This document shows positions 26,794 through 37,656 of a DNA stretch of 64,000 nt, one piece after another. The notes beneath the pieces were generated by a model, which made no database searches, was not told the DNA's origin, and saw only the letters and a list, made by a program, of their open reading frames with translations. The stretch's first letter is position 1; every line of letters starts with the position of its first letter. The translations under genes and the position numbers were made by a program. The stretch comes from Syntrophales bacterium. GTDB lineage: Bacteria; Desulfobacterota; Syntrophia; Syntrophales; UBA2192. The stretch lies in contig DAOTMG010000006.1 of assembly GCA_035450185.1 (NCBI GenBank), positions 27,905-91,904 on the forward strand, in the 5' to 3' direction.

Positions 26794-27962
26794 CAGATAT
26801 TCCCCTTTGAATTTTGGATGATTTCCTCCCCGGTGACCCGGGCCCACCGGTCCGCTTCCAGCACGTCTCCGATGGAGGCCGCTTCTTTGACCCCGTGGAG
26901 GGCCATGGTTTTTCCGATCACGGCCGGGATGTCTGTAAAATGGATTTCTTGTTCGATAAAAGCACTCACGGCCACCTCGTTCGCCGCATTCATGACGGCG
27001 GGCAGGGTGCCTCCCGTTCTCCCCGCCTCATAGGCCAGCCGCAGGCAGGGGAAGCGCTCGAAGTCCGGCGGGAAAAATTCCAGCCGTGCGATCGCCGTCA
27101 AATCCAGTCGGGTCAGTCCGCCCGGACAGCGGCCGGGATGGAAAAGCGCGTAGGAGATCGGGCCCTTCATGTCGGGGACACCGAGCTGGGCGATGACCGA
27201 ACCGTCGGTATATTCCACCATGGAATGCACGATGCTCTGCGGGTGGATCAGGATCTCGATCGTGTCGATATCGGCATCGAAGAGCCACTGGGCTTCGATG
27301 ACTTCGAGACCCTTGTTCATCATCGATGCGGAGTCGATCGTGATTTTTTTCCCCATGACCCAGTTCGGGTGCCGGAGCGCGTCATCGACGGTGACGTCGG
27401 CCAGCTTCTCCAGAGGCCATTTCAGAAAAGGGCCGCCGGAGGCCGTCAGGATGATCTTTTGAACCGCCTCCCTGCGCTGCCCCTGCAGACACTGGAAGAC
27501 GGCGCTGTGTTCGCTGTCGACGGGCAGGATCCGGACCCCGCGACTCCGGGCCTTCTCCGTCACGATGCGACCGGCCATCACCATCGTCTCCTTGTTGGCC
27601 AGGGCGATGTCTTTCCCGGCCTCGATCGCATCCACGGTAGGCAGAAGTCCCGCCGCACCGACGATCGCCGAGACCACCATGCTCGTCCCGGGAAGCGTCG
27701 CGACCTCCCGGTACCCCTCCATCCCCCAGAGAACACTCGTGCGATTCGACGGCCCGAGCCGGTTTTTCAATTGGACGGCATGGTCCTCATCCATCACGGC
27801 GACAGCGACGGGCCTGAATTTTTCGATCTGCGCCCTCAGGCGCTCCACATTCCTGCCGCCGGCAAGCCCCAGGACGCCGATGGAGGAAGGGTTTTGCTCG
27901 ATGACCTCGAGGGCGCTCACCCCGATGGATCCCGTTGAACCGAGGACGGAGATCTTCTTCAT
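26793..27962 (-). CDS. dxr: 1-deoxy-D-xylulose 5-phosphate reductoisomerase
   Basis: MKKISVLGSTGSIGVSALEVI, LANKE, and DSEHSA. The true start ATG 27962 forms an ATGA overlap with the cdsA stop. The 651-aa track ORF is an out-of-frame upstream extension over cdsA. Confidence 0.95.
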   Translation of the reverse strand: MKKISVLGSTGSIGVSALEVIEQNPSSIGVLGLAGGRNVERLRAQIEKFRPVAVAVMDEDHAVQLKNRLGPSNRTSVLWGMEGYREVATLPGTSMVVSAIVGAAGLLPTVDAIEAGKDIALANKETMVMAGRIVTEKARSRGVRILPVDSEHSAVFQCLQGQRREAVQKIILTASGGPFLKWPLEKLADVTVDDALRHPNWVMGKKITIDSASMMNKGLEVIEAQWLFDADIDTIEILIHPQSIVHSMVEYTDGSVIAQLGVPDMKGPISYALFHPGRCPGGLTRLDLTAIARLEFFPPDFERFPCLRLAYEAGRTGGTLPAVMNAANEVAVSAFIEQEIHFTDIPAVIGKTMALHGVKEAASIGDVLEADRWARVTGEEIIQNSKGNI

Positions 27963-28771
27963 GCGATTACAAAGGCCCTGTAATAATACACGAGGGGGAT
28001 GATGAACAGCAGGCAGTCGATCCGGTCGAGAATCCCCCCGTGACCGGGCAGAATCATGCCCGAGTCTTTCACGCCCGAGGAACGCTTGATCGATGATTCG
28101 AAAAGGTCCCCCATCTGGCCGACCAGCGACCCGATGAATCCCATCATGGCGGCATGTGCCATCGGTATCTGCGGGAAAAAGAAGAACTGGTAGGCGACCG
28201 CGCCGAGGACGCTTCCCGCCACGAGGCCGAAGATGCCCTCGACGGTTTTGCCCGGGCTCACCGCGGGAGAGAGCTTCCTCCTGCCGAAGGTCCGGCCGAT
28301 GTAAAAGGCGGCCACATCCCCGGCAAAGGCGATGACGATGATGAGAAAAACCCAGTGGACACCGTCGGGTCCGTTTCGAAGAAGGATGAGGTGCGAAAGC
28401 AGGAGCGGAACGTAGAGGACCCCCAGAAGGACCCTGGCCGGGGATGAAAGATCGAAGTCTCCCCGCCAGGCCCTGCCGAAAAGGTAACAGACCGCGGCGA
28501 GGACGGCACCGGCCGTCACGCAGCCGAGCATGAGCCGGGTGTTCTTGAAGGAGGCCGCCAGAGGCAAAAGCACTGCGAAAAGCAGTGTCTGCGCCTTTTC
28601 GGCCCCCGACCTCTCGTTGAACACAAGCCGGTTGTATTCGAGAACGCCGCCGACAATGACGGCCGTCACGAAAAGCGCGAAGACGATATCGGAGGCACAG
28701 ATGATGAGTAGGACAAGGATCGGTACGGCGACCACCGCCGTGATCCACCGCTTGAGATGAGAACTAATCAT
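27959..28771 (-). CDS. cdsA: Phosphatidate cytidylyltransferase
   Basis: 270 aa, multi-TM, with the C-terminal signature SSIKRSSGVKDSGMILPGHGGILDRIDC. Confidence 0.94.
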   Translation of the reverse strand: MISSHLKRWITAVVAVPILVLLIICASDIVFALFVTAVIVGGVLEYNRLVFNERSGAEKAQTLLFAVLLPLAASFKNTRLMLGCVTAGAVLAAVCYLFGRAWRGDFDLSSPARVLLGVLYVPLLLSHLILLRNGPDGVHWVFLIIVIAFAGDVAAFYIGRTFGRRKLSPAVSPGKTVEGIFGLVAGSVLGAVAYQFFFFPQIPMAHAAMMGFIGSLVGQMGDLFESSIKRSSGVKDSGMILPGHGGILDRIDCLLFIIPLVYYYRAFVIA

Positions 28772-29510
28772 GCTTTTTGCGTTGCAACTGCTCGCTGGTG
28801 AGGCCGAATCGCCTCTCCCGTCTCTGATAGTCTGAAATCGCTTCGGTCAGGTCCTCTTCACTGAAATCCGGCCAGAGGACATCGGTGAAAAAGAATTCCG
28901 TGTACGCCGTCTGCCAGAGCAGAAAATTGCTCACACGGTACTCCCCGCTGGTCCGGATCAGAAGGTCCGGGTCGGGTATGCCGGCCGTGTAGAGATAGGA
29001 GGAAAAAAGCTCCGGCGTCAGGTCCCCCGGCACGAGTCTTCCCCGGTCGCGCTCCGCCAGCGCCTTACGGGCGGCTTCCAGAATCTCATCCCTGCCGCCG
29101 TAATTGAGGGCCAGCACCAGGGTCATCTCCCTGTTTCCGGCTGTTCTGTCCATGGTCTTCTGCAGGGTCTTCTTCACCCGATCGGGCAGGGCCGCTATGT
29201 TTCCGATGGCTGTCAGCCGGATGCCGTTGTCCAGAAGCTCTTTTTCCTCTGACCGGAGATACCGGATCAGGAGACTCATGAGTGCGTTGACTTCTTCCTC
29301 CGGGCGGGACCAGTTCTCCGATGAAAAAGCATACAGCGTCAGATACTTGACCCCCAGTTTCCGGCATGCCCGGACGACCCGCCGGACCGCCTCGGACCCC
29401 TTCCGGTGACCGGCGATCCGCCCCAGGGCATGCTTTTGAGCCCACCGCCCGTTTCCGTCCATGATGATGGCGATATGCTCTGGAAGGTTTTCCCGGTCCG
29501 ACAGGGTCAT
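28764..29510 (-). CDS. uppS: Undecaprenyl diphosphate synthase
   Basis: 248 aa with HIAIIMDGNGRWA, AFSSENW, and the RTSGE.R.SNFLLWQ motif. Confidence 0.95.
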   Translation of the reverse strand: MTLSDRENLPEHIAIIMDGNGRWAQKHALGRIAGHRKGSEAVRRVVRACRKLGVKYLTLYAFSSENWSRPEEEVNALMSLLIRYLRSEEKELLDNGIRLTAIGNIAALPDRVKKTLQKTMDRTAGNREMTLVLALNYGGRDEILEAARKALAERDRGRLVPGDLTPELFSSYLYTAGIPDPDLLIRTSGEYRVSNFLLWQTAYTEFFFTDVLWPDFSEEDLTEAISDYQRRERRFGLTSEQLQRKKHD

Positions 29511-29599
29511 AAGACCTATTTATTTATTATTTTTGACTTTTTTCGTTGAAGTATCATAGCGCGCTCCTCTTTGCAAGGCCTGTTTGAGGAACGGCTCTG

Positions 29600-29627
29600 A
29601 AAAAAGAAGGAGCCCGAAGGCTCCTTT
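29600..29627 (-). terminator. Intrinsic terminator after frr
   Basis: Minus strand AAAGGAGCC-UUCG-GGCUCCUUC (9-bp stem, tetraloop) followed by UUUUUU, 25 nt downstream of the frr stop. Confidence 0.8.
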
Positions 29628-29651
29628 CTGGGACAGCGGTCCGTCTGATGA

Positions 29652-30215
29652 TCAAATCTCCATGATCTCTTTTTCTTTCGCGCTGAAGATCTCGTCGGCT
29701 TTCTTGATGTAGTCGTCGGTGATTTTCTGGACTTCCGACTGGTATTTGAAAAGTTCATCCTCCGAGATTTCGTTGGTTTTTTTGAGATTTTTCAGCTGTT
29801 CGTTGGCATCCCGGCGGATGTTCCTCAGGGCCACTTTGCCTTCTTCGACGGTTTTTTTCACAACCTTCGCCAGTTCCCTGCGGCGTTCCTCCGTGAGAGG
29901 CGGGATGTTGATACGGATCACCTTCCCGTCGTTTACGGGCGTGAGCCCCAGATCGGATTTCTGGATGGCCTTTTCGATGGCACCGATGACACTGACGTCC
30001 CACGGCGAGATGAGGATCTGGCGGCTCTCCGGTACGGAAAGGGTGGCCACCTGGTTCAAAGGGGTCGGCGTACCGTAATACTCCACCTTGATGCCGTCCA
30101 GGAGGGAGAGGGATGCCCGTCCCGTTCGAACCTTGCTCAGGGACTTTTCCAGAAATCGGGTCCCCTTCTCCATGTTGTCCTTCAGTTCCAGGAATATCTT
30201 GTCCTTTGTCGCCAT
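29652..30215 (-). CDS. frr: Ribosome recycling factor
   Basis: 187 aa with [19 protein letters not shown] and [11 protein letters not shown]. Confidence 0.96.
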   Translation of the reverse strand: MATKDKIFLELKDNMEKGTRFLEKSLSKVRTGRASLSLLDGIKVEYYGTPTPLNQVATLSVPESRQILISPWDVSVIGAIEKAIQKSDLGLTPVNDGKVIRINIPPLTEERRRELAKVVKKTVEEGKVALRNIRRDANEQLKNLKKTNEISEDELFKYQSEVQKITDDYIKKADEIFSAKEKEIMEI

Positions 30216-30219
30216 GATG

Positions 30220-30933
30220 TCATTCCTCGACGATCGTTCCGACGGGTTTGCCGCATACGGCGTCCCGGATGTTCCCCTTCTTCCCGAGATTGAACACCCT
30301 CACGGGAATCCTGTTTTCACGACAGAGAGAGACGGCCGTTGCGTCCATCACCCTGAGGTTCTTCGCCAGAACATCGGTATAAGTGATCCTGCGGAACATC
30401 TTCGCCCTGGGATCCTTCAGGGGGTCGCTGTCGTAGACACCGTCAACCTTCGTCGCCTTCAGGAGCATCGCGGCGTGGATCTCAGCCGCCCGCAGCGAAG
30501 CCGCCGTATCGGTGGTGAAATAGGGATTGCCGGTGCCCGCGGCGAAGATCACGACCCGGCCCTTCTCCAGGTGCCGGACGGCCCGACGTCGGATGTAGGG
30601 TTCCGCGACCTGTCTCATTTCGATGGCGGACTGCACGCGGCTGTCGACGCCGATTCCCTCGAGCGCGCCCTGCAGCGCGAGACTGTTGATGACCGTCGCG
30701 AGCATCCCCATGTGATCCGCCGTCGCTCTCTCGATCCCCCTGGAGCCGGATTCGATCCCCCGGAAGATGTTTCCCCCGCCGACGACCACGCCGAGCTGAA
30801 CGCCCAGGCGGTTGACCCCCCTGATTTCACCGGCGATGTACCGGACCATCGCGGGGTCGATGCCGAAAGCACGGCTTCCCATCAGCGCTTCGCCGCTGAT
30901 TTTTAAAAGCACTCTCTGATAGACTGGTTTCAT
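30220..30933 (-). CDS. pyrH: UMP kinase
   Basis: 237 aa with [23 protein letters not shown], and FTTDTAA. Confidence 0.96.
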   Translation of the reverse strand: MKPVYQRVLLKISGEALMGSRAFGIDPAMVRYIAGEIRGVNRLGVQLGVVVGGGNIFRGIESGSRGIERATADHMGMLATVINSLALQGALEGIGVDSRVQSAIEMRQVAEPYIRRRAVRHLEKGRVVIFAAGTGNPYFTTDTAASLRAAEIHAAMLLKATKVDGVYDSDPLKDPRAKMFRRITYTDVLAKNLRVMDATAVSLCRENRIPVRVFNLGKKGNIRDAVCGKPVGTIVEE

Positions 30934-30992
30934 GAAAAAGAACCCTGAAGCAATGCTTTAACGAAAGCAGTCCAACGCTTCATAGGGAAAGT

Positions 30993-31586
30993 CTATCCCC
31001 CGAGCTGGTAACGCACGAAACGACGGATGACGATGTTTTCTCCCGTCTTGGCGATGGCGTTCCTGATGAGTTTTTCGATGGTCATGTCCTGGTCTTTGAT
31101 GAAACGCTGATTCATGAGGCACACGTCCTCATAATATTTCTTGAGCTTCCCTTCGATGATCCTCTCGAAGATCTTCTCCGGCTTCCCTTCCGCCAGGGCC
31201 TGTTTCCTGTAGATCCCCTTCTCCTGCTCGATGACCTCCGCGGGCACGTCCTCCGGCCGGACGTAAAGGGGGTTCATGGCGGCGATGTGCATGGCAATGT
31301 CTTTCGACAGACCCCGGAAATCCTGCGTCTTGGCCACGAAATCCGTTTCGCAGTTCAACTCGACCATGACGCCGACCTTGCCTTCCATGTGGATATAAGA
31401 CGTGACGGCACCTTCCTTGGTGGCCCGGGATGATTTCTTTGTGGCCGCAGACATCCCCTTCTCACGCAGGTATTCGATGGCCTTGTCGAAGTTGCCCCCG
31501 GCGACCTTCAGGGCTTCCTTGCAATCCATGATACCCGACCCTGTCTTCTCTCTCAGTTCCTTGACCTTCTCAGCCGAAATGTCCAA
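30993..31586 (-). CDS. tsf: Elongation factor Ts (short form)
   Basis: 197 aa with VKELREKTGSGIMDCKEAL and SYIHMEGKVGVMVELNCETDFVA. Confidence 0.95.
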   Translation of the reverse strand: MDISAEKVKELREKTGSGIMDCKEALKVAGGNFDKAIEYLREKGMSAATKKSSRATKEGAVTSYIHMEGKVGVMVELNCETDFVAKTQDFRGLSKDIAMHIAAMNPLYVRPEDVPAEVIEQEKGIYRKQALAEGKPEKIFERIIEGKLKKYYEDVCLMNQRFIKDQDMTIEKLIRNAIAKTGENIVIRRFVRYQLGG

Positions 31587-31624
31587 TGTTCCCCTACCTC
31601 CGTTCGCTTCTGGTTATCCGTCCT

Positions 31625-32440
31625 CTACCGCGACTCCGGACCATCCGATGCCGCGTCTTTCGTCTCGACACTCTCAGGCACATCGGCTTCCGCGGCTTCG
31701 GCGGTCCCGGTTTCCACCGCCGCCCCCTTGTCCGACTCGGCCTGAACCTTTTCCTCGAAGCGTTTCCTGCCCTCCAGAACGGCATCGGCGATCTTGGAGG
31801 CGAAGAGCTTGATCGCCCGGATGGCGTCGTCGTTTCCGGGAATGATGTAATCCACCTCGTCGGGGTCGCAGTTGGTATCCACGATGGCCACGACGGGTAT
31901 CTTCAGTTTTCTCGCCTCGTGAACGGCGATGCTTTCCTTCTTCGGGTCCACCACGAAAACGGCGGCGGGAAAACCCCGCATGCGACGAATGCCGCCGAGG
32001 ACCTTGACGAGTTTTTCGCGTTCTTTCTGGAACTTCAGGATTTCCTTTTTCGGGAAAAGATTGATCCTGTCGCCGTTGAGCAGTTCATCAATCTCGTTCA
32101 GCCGGTCGATGCTCTTCTTGATCGTGGAGAAATTGGTCAGCATCCCGCCCAGCCACCGGTAGTTCACATAGGGCATGCCGCATCGTTCCGCCTCTTCCCG
32201 GATCGACTCCTGAGCCTGCTTCTTCGTTCCGACGAAGAGCAGTTCCCCGTCGGCGGAGACCGTGTCCGCCACGAAGTGGTAGGCCGTTTTGAACATTTCG
32301 ACGGTCTGTTGGAGGTCGATGATATAGATGCCGTTCCTCGCCCCGAAGATGTAGGGTTTCATCTTGGGGTTCCACTTGTTGGTCTGGTGCCCGAAGTGAA
32401 CGCCCGACTCGAGCAAAAGTTTCATGGATACTGCCGACAT
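31625..32440 (-). CDS. rpsB: 30S ribosomal protein S2
   Basis: 271 aa with [19 protein letters not shown], and an acidic C-terminal tail. Confidence 0.96.
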   Translation of the reverse strand: MSAVSMKLLLESGVHFGHQTNKWNPKMKPYIFGARNGIYIIDLQQTVEMFKTAYHFVADTVSADGELLFVGTKKQAQESIREEAERCGMPYVNYRWLGGMLTNFSTIKKSIDRLNEIDELLNGDRINLFPKKEILKFQKEREKLVKVLGGIRRMRGFPAAVFVVDPKKESIAVHEARKLKIPVVAIVDTNCDPDEVDYIIPGNDDAIRAIKLFASKIADAVLEGRKRFEEKVQAESDKGAAVETGTAEAAEADVPESVETKDAASDGPESR

Positions 32441-32595
32441 ACTGAAATCTCCTTTCTTGCGTTGAGTCCACCACCTTCGTCAACCGGCCGGGCAGCTTTC
32501 AAAAAAAAGCCACGCCCCGGTCCGTCGGAAAGTGTGCGTGTTTAGCGCCGACGAATAACACAAAGCCCCGGAATGATCAAGACAAAAAGCATCGG

Positions 32596-33795
32596 TCAGG
32601 TCGTATAATGCGCATTGATCCTGACATAGTCGAAGGAGAGGTCGGAACAGAAAATCCTCGCTGATTTCAATCCCATACCGAGCCGGACGGTGATTTTTAC
32701 TTCGTCCCGGGCCATCACCGCCTCCAGGCGCTTCGCATCGACGGGGACACCGCAGCCCTTCCGAAAGAGCCGGAGGTCGTCGTAGAGGACTTCGATGGAC
32801 TCCGGCGTGACGGGAACGCCCGATGCGCCGATGGCGGCGATCACCCTGCCCCAGTTGGGGTCCCTGCCGAAGAAGGCGGTCTTGACGAGATTCGAGTTGG
32901 CGATGCCGTAGGCCACTCTGCGGGCATGCCTCTCGTTTCTGGCACCCTGGACGACGATCTCGATGACTTTGGTTGCCCCTTCGCCGTCCCTCACGATGGA
33001 GCGGGCGAGCCCTTCCATGACCCCGGTAAGGGCCAGTTCGAAGCGACGCAGCTCCTTCGAGGATTCCGTGAGCGGCCGGTTGCCCGCCTTGCCGTTGGCA
33101 AGGATGATGACCGTGTCGTTGGTGCTCATGCAGCCGTCTACGCTGATGCAGTTGAAGGTCCGGTCGCAGGCCCTCTTCAAAAGGGTCCTCAGGCAGCCGG
33201 GCTGCACGGCGGCATCGGTGAGAACGAAGGACAGCATGGTGGCCATGTGAGGTTCGATCATACCGGCCCCCTTGGCCAGTCCGCAAAGGGTCACGGTTCG
33301 CGATCCCAGGAGGATTTTCCGGAATTCGATCTTCGGAAAAGAGTCGGTGGTCATGATCGCCTCTTCGGCATCGGCGATTCCGGAAGGCTTGAGACCCCTG
33401 ACGAGAGAGTCCATGCTGGCGATGATCCTCTCCAGGGGAAGCCGCTTCCCGATGACTCCCGTGGAGGCCACCAGGACGAGATCCTCTCTCAAGCCGGTCC
33501 TGCGGGCAACGGCCCCGGCCATTTCCACAGCGTCACGGTAACCCGGCCTTCCTGTGGCGGCATTGGCGTTTCCGCTGTTGATGACGATGGCCTGCGCCCT
33601 CCCTTTGCGGATCCTTTGCATGTCCAGCAGGACCGGAGCGGCCTTCACGGCGCTTTTCGTGAAGACCGCCGCCGCAGCGGCCGGCACCTCGGAGTAGAGA
33701 AGCGCCAGGTCTTTTCGACCCGGCTCCCTGATGCCCGCCTCGACGCCGCCGGCCAGAAATCCATTAACCTCGATTTTCCGTTCACCCGTCGTCAT
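32596..33795 (-). CDS. argJ: Bifunctional ornithine acetyltransferase / N-acetylglutamate synthase
   Basis: 399 aa with the autoprocessing site PHMATMLSFVLTDA. Full-length ArgJ-like. Confidence 0.94.
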   Translation of the reverse strand: MTTGERKIEVNGFLAGGVEAGIREPGRKDLALLYSEVPAAAAAVFTKSAVKAAPVLLDMQRIRKGRAQAIVINSGNANAATGRPGYRDAVEMAGAVARRTGLREDLVLVASTGVIGKRLPLERIIASMDSLVRGLKPSGIADAEEAIMTTDSFPKIEFRKILLGSRTVTLCGLAKGAGMIEPHMATMLSFVLTDAAVQPGCLRTLLKRACDRTFNCISVDGCMSTNDTVIILANGKAGNRPLTESSKELRRFELALTGVMEGLARSIVRDGEGATKVIEIVVQGARNERHARRVAYGIANSNLVKTAFFGRDPNWGRVIAAIGASGVPVTPESIEVLYDDLRLFRKGCGVPVDAKRLEAVMARDEVKITVRLGMGLKSARIFCSDLSFDYVRINAHYTT

Positions 33796-33847
33796 TTTTC
33801 TTCAGTCTCTTTCTTTTACCCGAAGCCTGGTGCCCGGCGCCTGATGC

Positions 33848-36370
33848 CTATTTCCCGCAGCATTTCTTGTATTTCTTTCCGCTACCACAGGGACAGGGGT
33901 CGTTTCTGCCCACCTTTTTCCCCTCCTTCTTCTCGGGCTGCAGAGGCTTCCCCGATTCGGCGTGACTCATGACATAGTCCCGTGTGGAACGATCGTAGAG
34001 TTCCTCCGCCTCCTCCTCCCTGCGGATCTGAACAAGGCTGAGCTTGCGGAGGGAATCCTCCTTGACACGCTCCACCATGTCCATGAACATCTCGTAGCCT
34101 TCCTTCTGATATTCGCGGACAGGGTCCTTCTGGCCGTAGCCCCGCAGCCCGATCCCCTCCCTCAGGTGATCCATCGACAGGAGGTGATCCTTCCAGTGCG
34201 AGTCGATGGACTGGAGCATGATCATCCGCATGATGTAATCCATGAGCGGTCTGCCGAAATCTTCCTCCTTTTTCCTCAGGTGGGCGAGCACTTCCGTGAC
34301 GATTTTCTCGGCGGCCGTCTCCCGGTTGATCCCGCCGTTGTGAGCCATCTGCGAAAAAGGAATGACGAGACCGAACTGGCGCCGGAAGGCGTCCTCGAGC
34401 CCCTTCAGATCCCACTCCTCGGGGTGTACCTTCTCGGCCATGTAGGTCTCAATGAACTCCCCGGCCACGTCCTCCAGCATGGACTCCACGACGGTCCAGA
34501 GTTCCTCGCCCTTGAGCACCGTCTTGCGCTGGCCGTAGATGACCTCTCTCTGACGGTTCATCACGTTGTCGAATTCCAGGAGGTGTTTCCGGATGTCGAA
34601 GTTATGCCCCTCGACCCTGCGCTGGGCGTTCTCGATGGCCTTCGACAGGAGACCGTGCTCGATCGGCTGGTCTTCCTCAAAGCCGATGCGGTCCATGATC
34701 GAGGAGATCTTCTCACCGCCGAAGATCCGCAAAAGATCGTCCTCGAGAGAGAGGTAAAACCTCGAAGACCCCATATCCCCCTGGCGGCCTGAACGCCCGC
34801 GGAGCTGATTGTCGATGCGGCGGCTTTCGTGCCGTTCCGTCCCCAGGATGTGAAGGCCGCCCCGCTCCGCCACGCCGGCTCCGAGCCGGATGTCGGTCCC
34901 GCGGCCGGCCATGTTCGTCGAGATGGTCACGGCCCCCATCTGCCCGGCCTGGGCGACGATCTCGGCTTCGCGCTCGTGATTTTTTGCGTTGAGGACATGA
35001 TGCTTGATTCCCGTTCTGGAGAGGAGCTGGCTCAGGAGCTCCGATTTTTCGATGGAAATGGTCCCGACCAGGACGGGTCTCCCCTGCCCGTGAAGTTCCT
35101 TGATCTCCTCGATGACGGCCTTGAACTTTTCCTTTTCCGTCTTGTAGACGACGTCGGGATGATCCTCCCGGATCATGGGCATGTTCGTCGGCGTGACGAC
35201 GACGTCCAGCTTATAGATCTCCCTGAACTCCGCGGCTTCCGTGTCGGCCGTCCCGGTCATCCCGGCGAGCTTCTTGTACATTCTGAAATAGTTCTGGAAG
35301 GTCACCGTGGCGAGCGTCTGGTTCTCCCGTTCGATCCGAACGCGTTCCTTGGCTTCCAGGGCCTGATGCAGCCCGTCGCTGTAACGCCTTCCGGGCATGA
35401 GCCGGCCCGTGAATTCGTCGACGATGATCACCTCGTTGTTCTTCACGACATAGTCCACGTCCCGCTTGAAAAGCGTGTGGGCCCGGAGCGCCTGGTTCAC
35501 GTGGTGGAGAATCTCCATGTTCCTCGGTTCATAAAGGTTCTTGACCTTCAGGAGACCCTCGACCCGTGCGACGCCTTCCTCGGTGAGGGCGACGGTCCTG
35601 GATTTCTCTTCGATGTTGTAGTCCTTCTCCCTCTTCAGGGACGGAATCACCTGGTTGATCCGGTAGTACTTGTCCGTCGACTCCTCCGACGGGCCCGAAA
35701 TGATGAGAGGGGTCCTTGCCTCGTCGACGAGGATGCTGTCGACCTCGTCCACGATGGCGTAGTTGAAAGGCCTCTGGACGTATTGATCCAGGGAAAATTT
35801 CATGTTGTCCCGGAGATAGTCGAAGCCGAACTCGTTGTTCGTTCCGTAGGTCACATCGGCTCCGTAAGCCTTTCGCCGCTCCTCGTCCGACAACCCGTGG
35901 ACGATGGTCCCGACGGTCAGACCGAGGAAAGCGTAGATGGGGCCCATCCATGCGGCGTCGCGCCTGGCCAGGTAGTCGTTGACGGTGACAATGTGAACCC
36001 CCTCGCCCGAGAGCGCATTGAGATAGACGGGCATGGTGGCCGCCAGGGTTTTGCCCTCGCCCGTCTTCATCTCGGCGATCTTGCCCTCGTGCAGGACGAT
36101 CCCCCCGATGACCTGGACATCGAAGGGTCTCATCCCCACCGTCCGCCGGGCGGCTTCTCTCGCGACGGCAAAGGCCTCCGTGAGGATGTCATCCAGAGTT
36201 TCGCCGCCGGCCAGCTTTTCCTTGAAATAGGCGGTCTTGGCCTTGAGCCCGGCGTCGCTCAGTTTTCTCAGGACCGGCTCAAAGGCGTTGACCTCCTCCA
36301 AAAGGGGGGTCAGGCGCTTGAGCTCCCGCTCGTTTTTACTGCCGATGATATTCTTCAGCATGTCGAACAT
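33848..36370 (-). CDS. secA: Preprotein translocase ATPase SecA
   Basis: 840 aa with MKTGEGKTL (Walker A), [11 protein letters not shown], and the C-terminal zinc motif [14 protein letters not shown]. Confidence 0.97.
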   Translation of the reverse strand: MFDMLKNIIGSKNERELKRLTPLLEEVNAFEPVLRKLSDAGLKAKTAYFKEKLAGGETLDDILTEAFAVAREAARRTVGMRPFDVQVIGGIVLHEGKIAEMKTGEGKTLAATMPVYLNALSGEGVHIVTVNDYLARRDAAWMGPIYAFLGLTVGTIVHGLSDEERRKAYGADVTYGTNNEFGFDYLRDNMKFSLDQYVQRPFNYAIVDEVDSILVDEARTPLIISGPSEESTDKYYRINQVIPSLKREKDYNIEEKSRTVALTEEGVARVEGLLKVKNLYEPRNMEILHHVNQALRAHTLFKRDVDYVVKNNEVIIVDEFTGRLMPGRRYSDGLHQALEAKERVRIERENQTLATVTFQNYFRMYKKLAGMTGTADTEAAEFREIYKLDVVVTPTNMPMIREDHPDVVYKTEKEKFKAVIEEIKELHGQGRPVLVGTISIEKSELLSQLLSRTGIKHHVLNAKNHEREAEIVAQAGQMGAVTISTNMAGRGTDIRLGAGVAERGGLHILGTERHESRRIDNQLRGRSGRQGDMGSSRFYLSLEDDLLRIFGGEKISSIMDRIGFEEDQPIEHGLLSKAIENAQRRVEGHNFDIRKHLLEFDNVMNRQREVIYGQRKTVLKGEELWTVVESMLEDVAGEFIETYMAEKVHPEEWDLKGLEDAFRRQFGLVIPFSQMAHNGGINRETAAEKIVTEVLAHLRKKEEDFGRPLMDYIMRMIMLQSIDSHWKDHLLSMDHLREGIGLRGYGQKDPVREYQKEGYEMFMDMVERVKEDSLRKLSLVQIRREEEAEELYDRSTRDYVMSHAESGKPLQPEKKEGKKVGRNDPCPCGSGKKYKKCCGK

Positions 36371-36420
36371 GGATAAACCTCAAAAAAAAACCGGCATATA
36401 ACTCACCGGAAATTGCTTTT

Positions 36421-36449
36421 ATTATAAACAGAACAGGAAGGTTTGTAAA
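36421..36449 (-). promoter_or_regulatory. Sigma70-like promoter upstream of secA
   Basis: Minus strand TTTACA (36449-36444), 17 nt spacer, TATAAT (36426-36421). Motif match only. Confidence 0.5.
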
Positions 36450-36466
36450 GGGATGAGATTAAACAA

Positions 36467-37381
36467 TCAGGGCAAATAGGGTCTCGGATTGACGGGCACG
36501 CCGTTGAGTAGAACCGTGTAGTGGAGATGAGACCCCGTGCTGCGACCGGAGTTACCCACATAACCGATGATGTCCCCTTTTCGTATGACCTGCCCCTTGC
36601 GGACGGCACATTTGAGCAGATGTCCGTAAGCGGTCGCCAGGCCGTTTGTGTGGGAGATCTGAACGGTGTTTCCCATGCCGTGTTCACGGTCAACGGAAGC
36701 AACGATTCCATCGGCCGGAGCCACAACCTCTTTCCCCAGCTTCGCGGCGATGTCCATTCCCTTGTGGAACTCCCTCCGGCCCGTGAAGGGGGATTTCCTG
36801 AAGCCGAATTCGGAGGTGACCCACCCCCGGACGGGCCAGATGGACGGCGTGTAGGCCAGGATCGACTTCTGCTTCTTGAGGAACTCGAGAAGGTCCCGGA
36901 AACTTTCCTCCCGGTAGCCGGCCTCCTCGAGCAGGCGGTCCATGTGCTGGTTCATCCGGTCGACGCCCGCGCCCTGAGCCTCGTCTTCGGGTATCGGCCC
37001 GCCGACGCCTAGCACTTCCGCGAGATTCTTCCTCGTCGACGGCTTCAGAGCGATCCGCGTCTTCTTGTTCATTTCCTGGGCCAGGAGCCGTATCTTCTCG
37101 TCGAACTGCTGAAGATCGGCCATCTTCTGCTCAAACTGTCCGATCTTCTCGGTCATCTTGTCGATCTCGACCTTCTGGTTTTCCGTGAGTTCCCTCAGGC
37201 TCAGGACCTCGGCCTTGTCCCGTTTGATGGATGCGTAATCGAGGGCGAAATAGATGGATGCGATGAAGACGAAGGCGGATAAAACGAGGAGATTCTTGAC
37301 GAGACGCCGGGAGACCGTTATTTTTTTCGGCGGCCCCTTTTTTTGCGGAATAATAAGGAAGGTATAGAAATTATTCTGCAT
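36467..37381 (-). CDS. M23 family metallopeptidase with N-terminal TM and coiled coil (EnvC/murein DD-endopeptidase-like)
   Basis: HKGMDIAA and GSHLHYTVLLNG motifs. The ORF-track start at 37396 is a TTG. ATG 37381 (MQNNFYTFLI) is preferred. Confidence 0.88.
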   Translation of the reverse strand: MQNNFYTFLIIPQKKGPPKKITVSRRLVKNLLVLSAFVFIASIYFALDYASIKRDKAEVLSLRELTENQKVEIDKMTEKIGQFEQKMADLQQFDEKIRLLAQEMNKKTRIALKPSTRKNLAEVLGVGGPIPEDEAQGAGVDRMNQHMDRLLEEAGYREESFRDLLEFLKKQKSILAYTPSIWPVRGWVTSEFGFRKSPFTGRREFHKGMDIAAKLGKEVVAPADGIVASVDREHGMGNTVQISHTNGLATAYGHLLKCAVRKGQVIRKGDIIGYVGNSGRSTGSHLHYTVLLNGVPVNPRPYLP

Positions 37382-37656
37382 TTTAGCTCGTCTCAAAGAT
37401 GGTCTTTGGGGGAGTAAACCGCGAACTTAAATTCTATACCGCCCTGATCCAACGATTGGGAAGTACGCCAGCTGTCTGCCGAAGAAACCTGACCGACTTC
37501 GTATCCTTTTTATGGGTGCGAATCAGCCGTCAATTGGCGATTTCCCTATCACAAAAAAAATAAAAAAGTCAAGCATTATTCGATGCCCCCGGCGGCACCA
37601 TCGCATGCGGGGAAAGCTCTCCTGCAACCATCTCCGGCGAGGGCGGTGTTGCCTCC

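Noticed and set aside
26793-28748. 651-aa ORF suggesting a giant Dxr fusion protein
   Set aside because: The first ~262 codons are an out-of-frame read-through across cdsA with an Arg/Pro/Gly-rich nonsense translation. The Dxr homology begins at MKKISVLGSTGSIG (ATG 27962), which forms an ATGA overlap with the cdsA stop.
36382-36409. Possible attenuator hairpin plus U9 tract in the secA 5' UTR
   Set aside because: Only a 4-bp CCGG/CCGG stem could be drawn around a 11-nt loop. This is too weak to call a terminator. The U-run may simply be an A/U-rich translation enhancer upstream of the GAGG SD.
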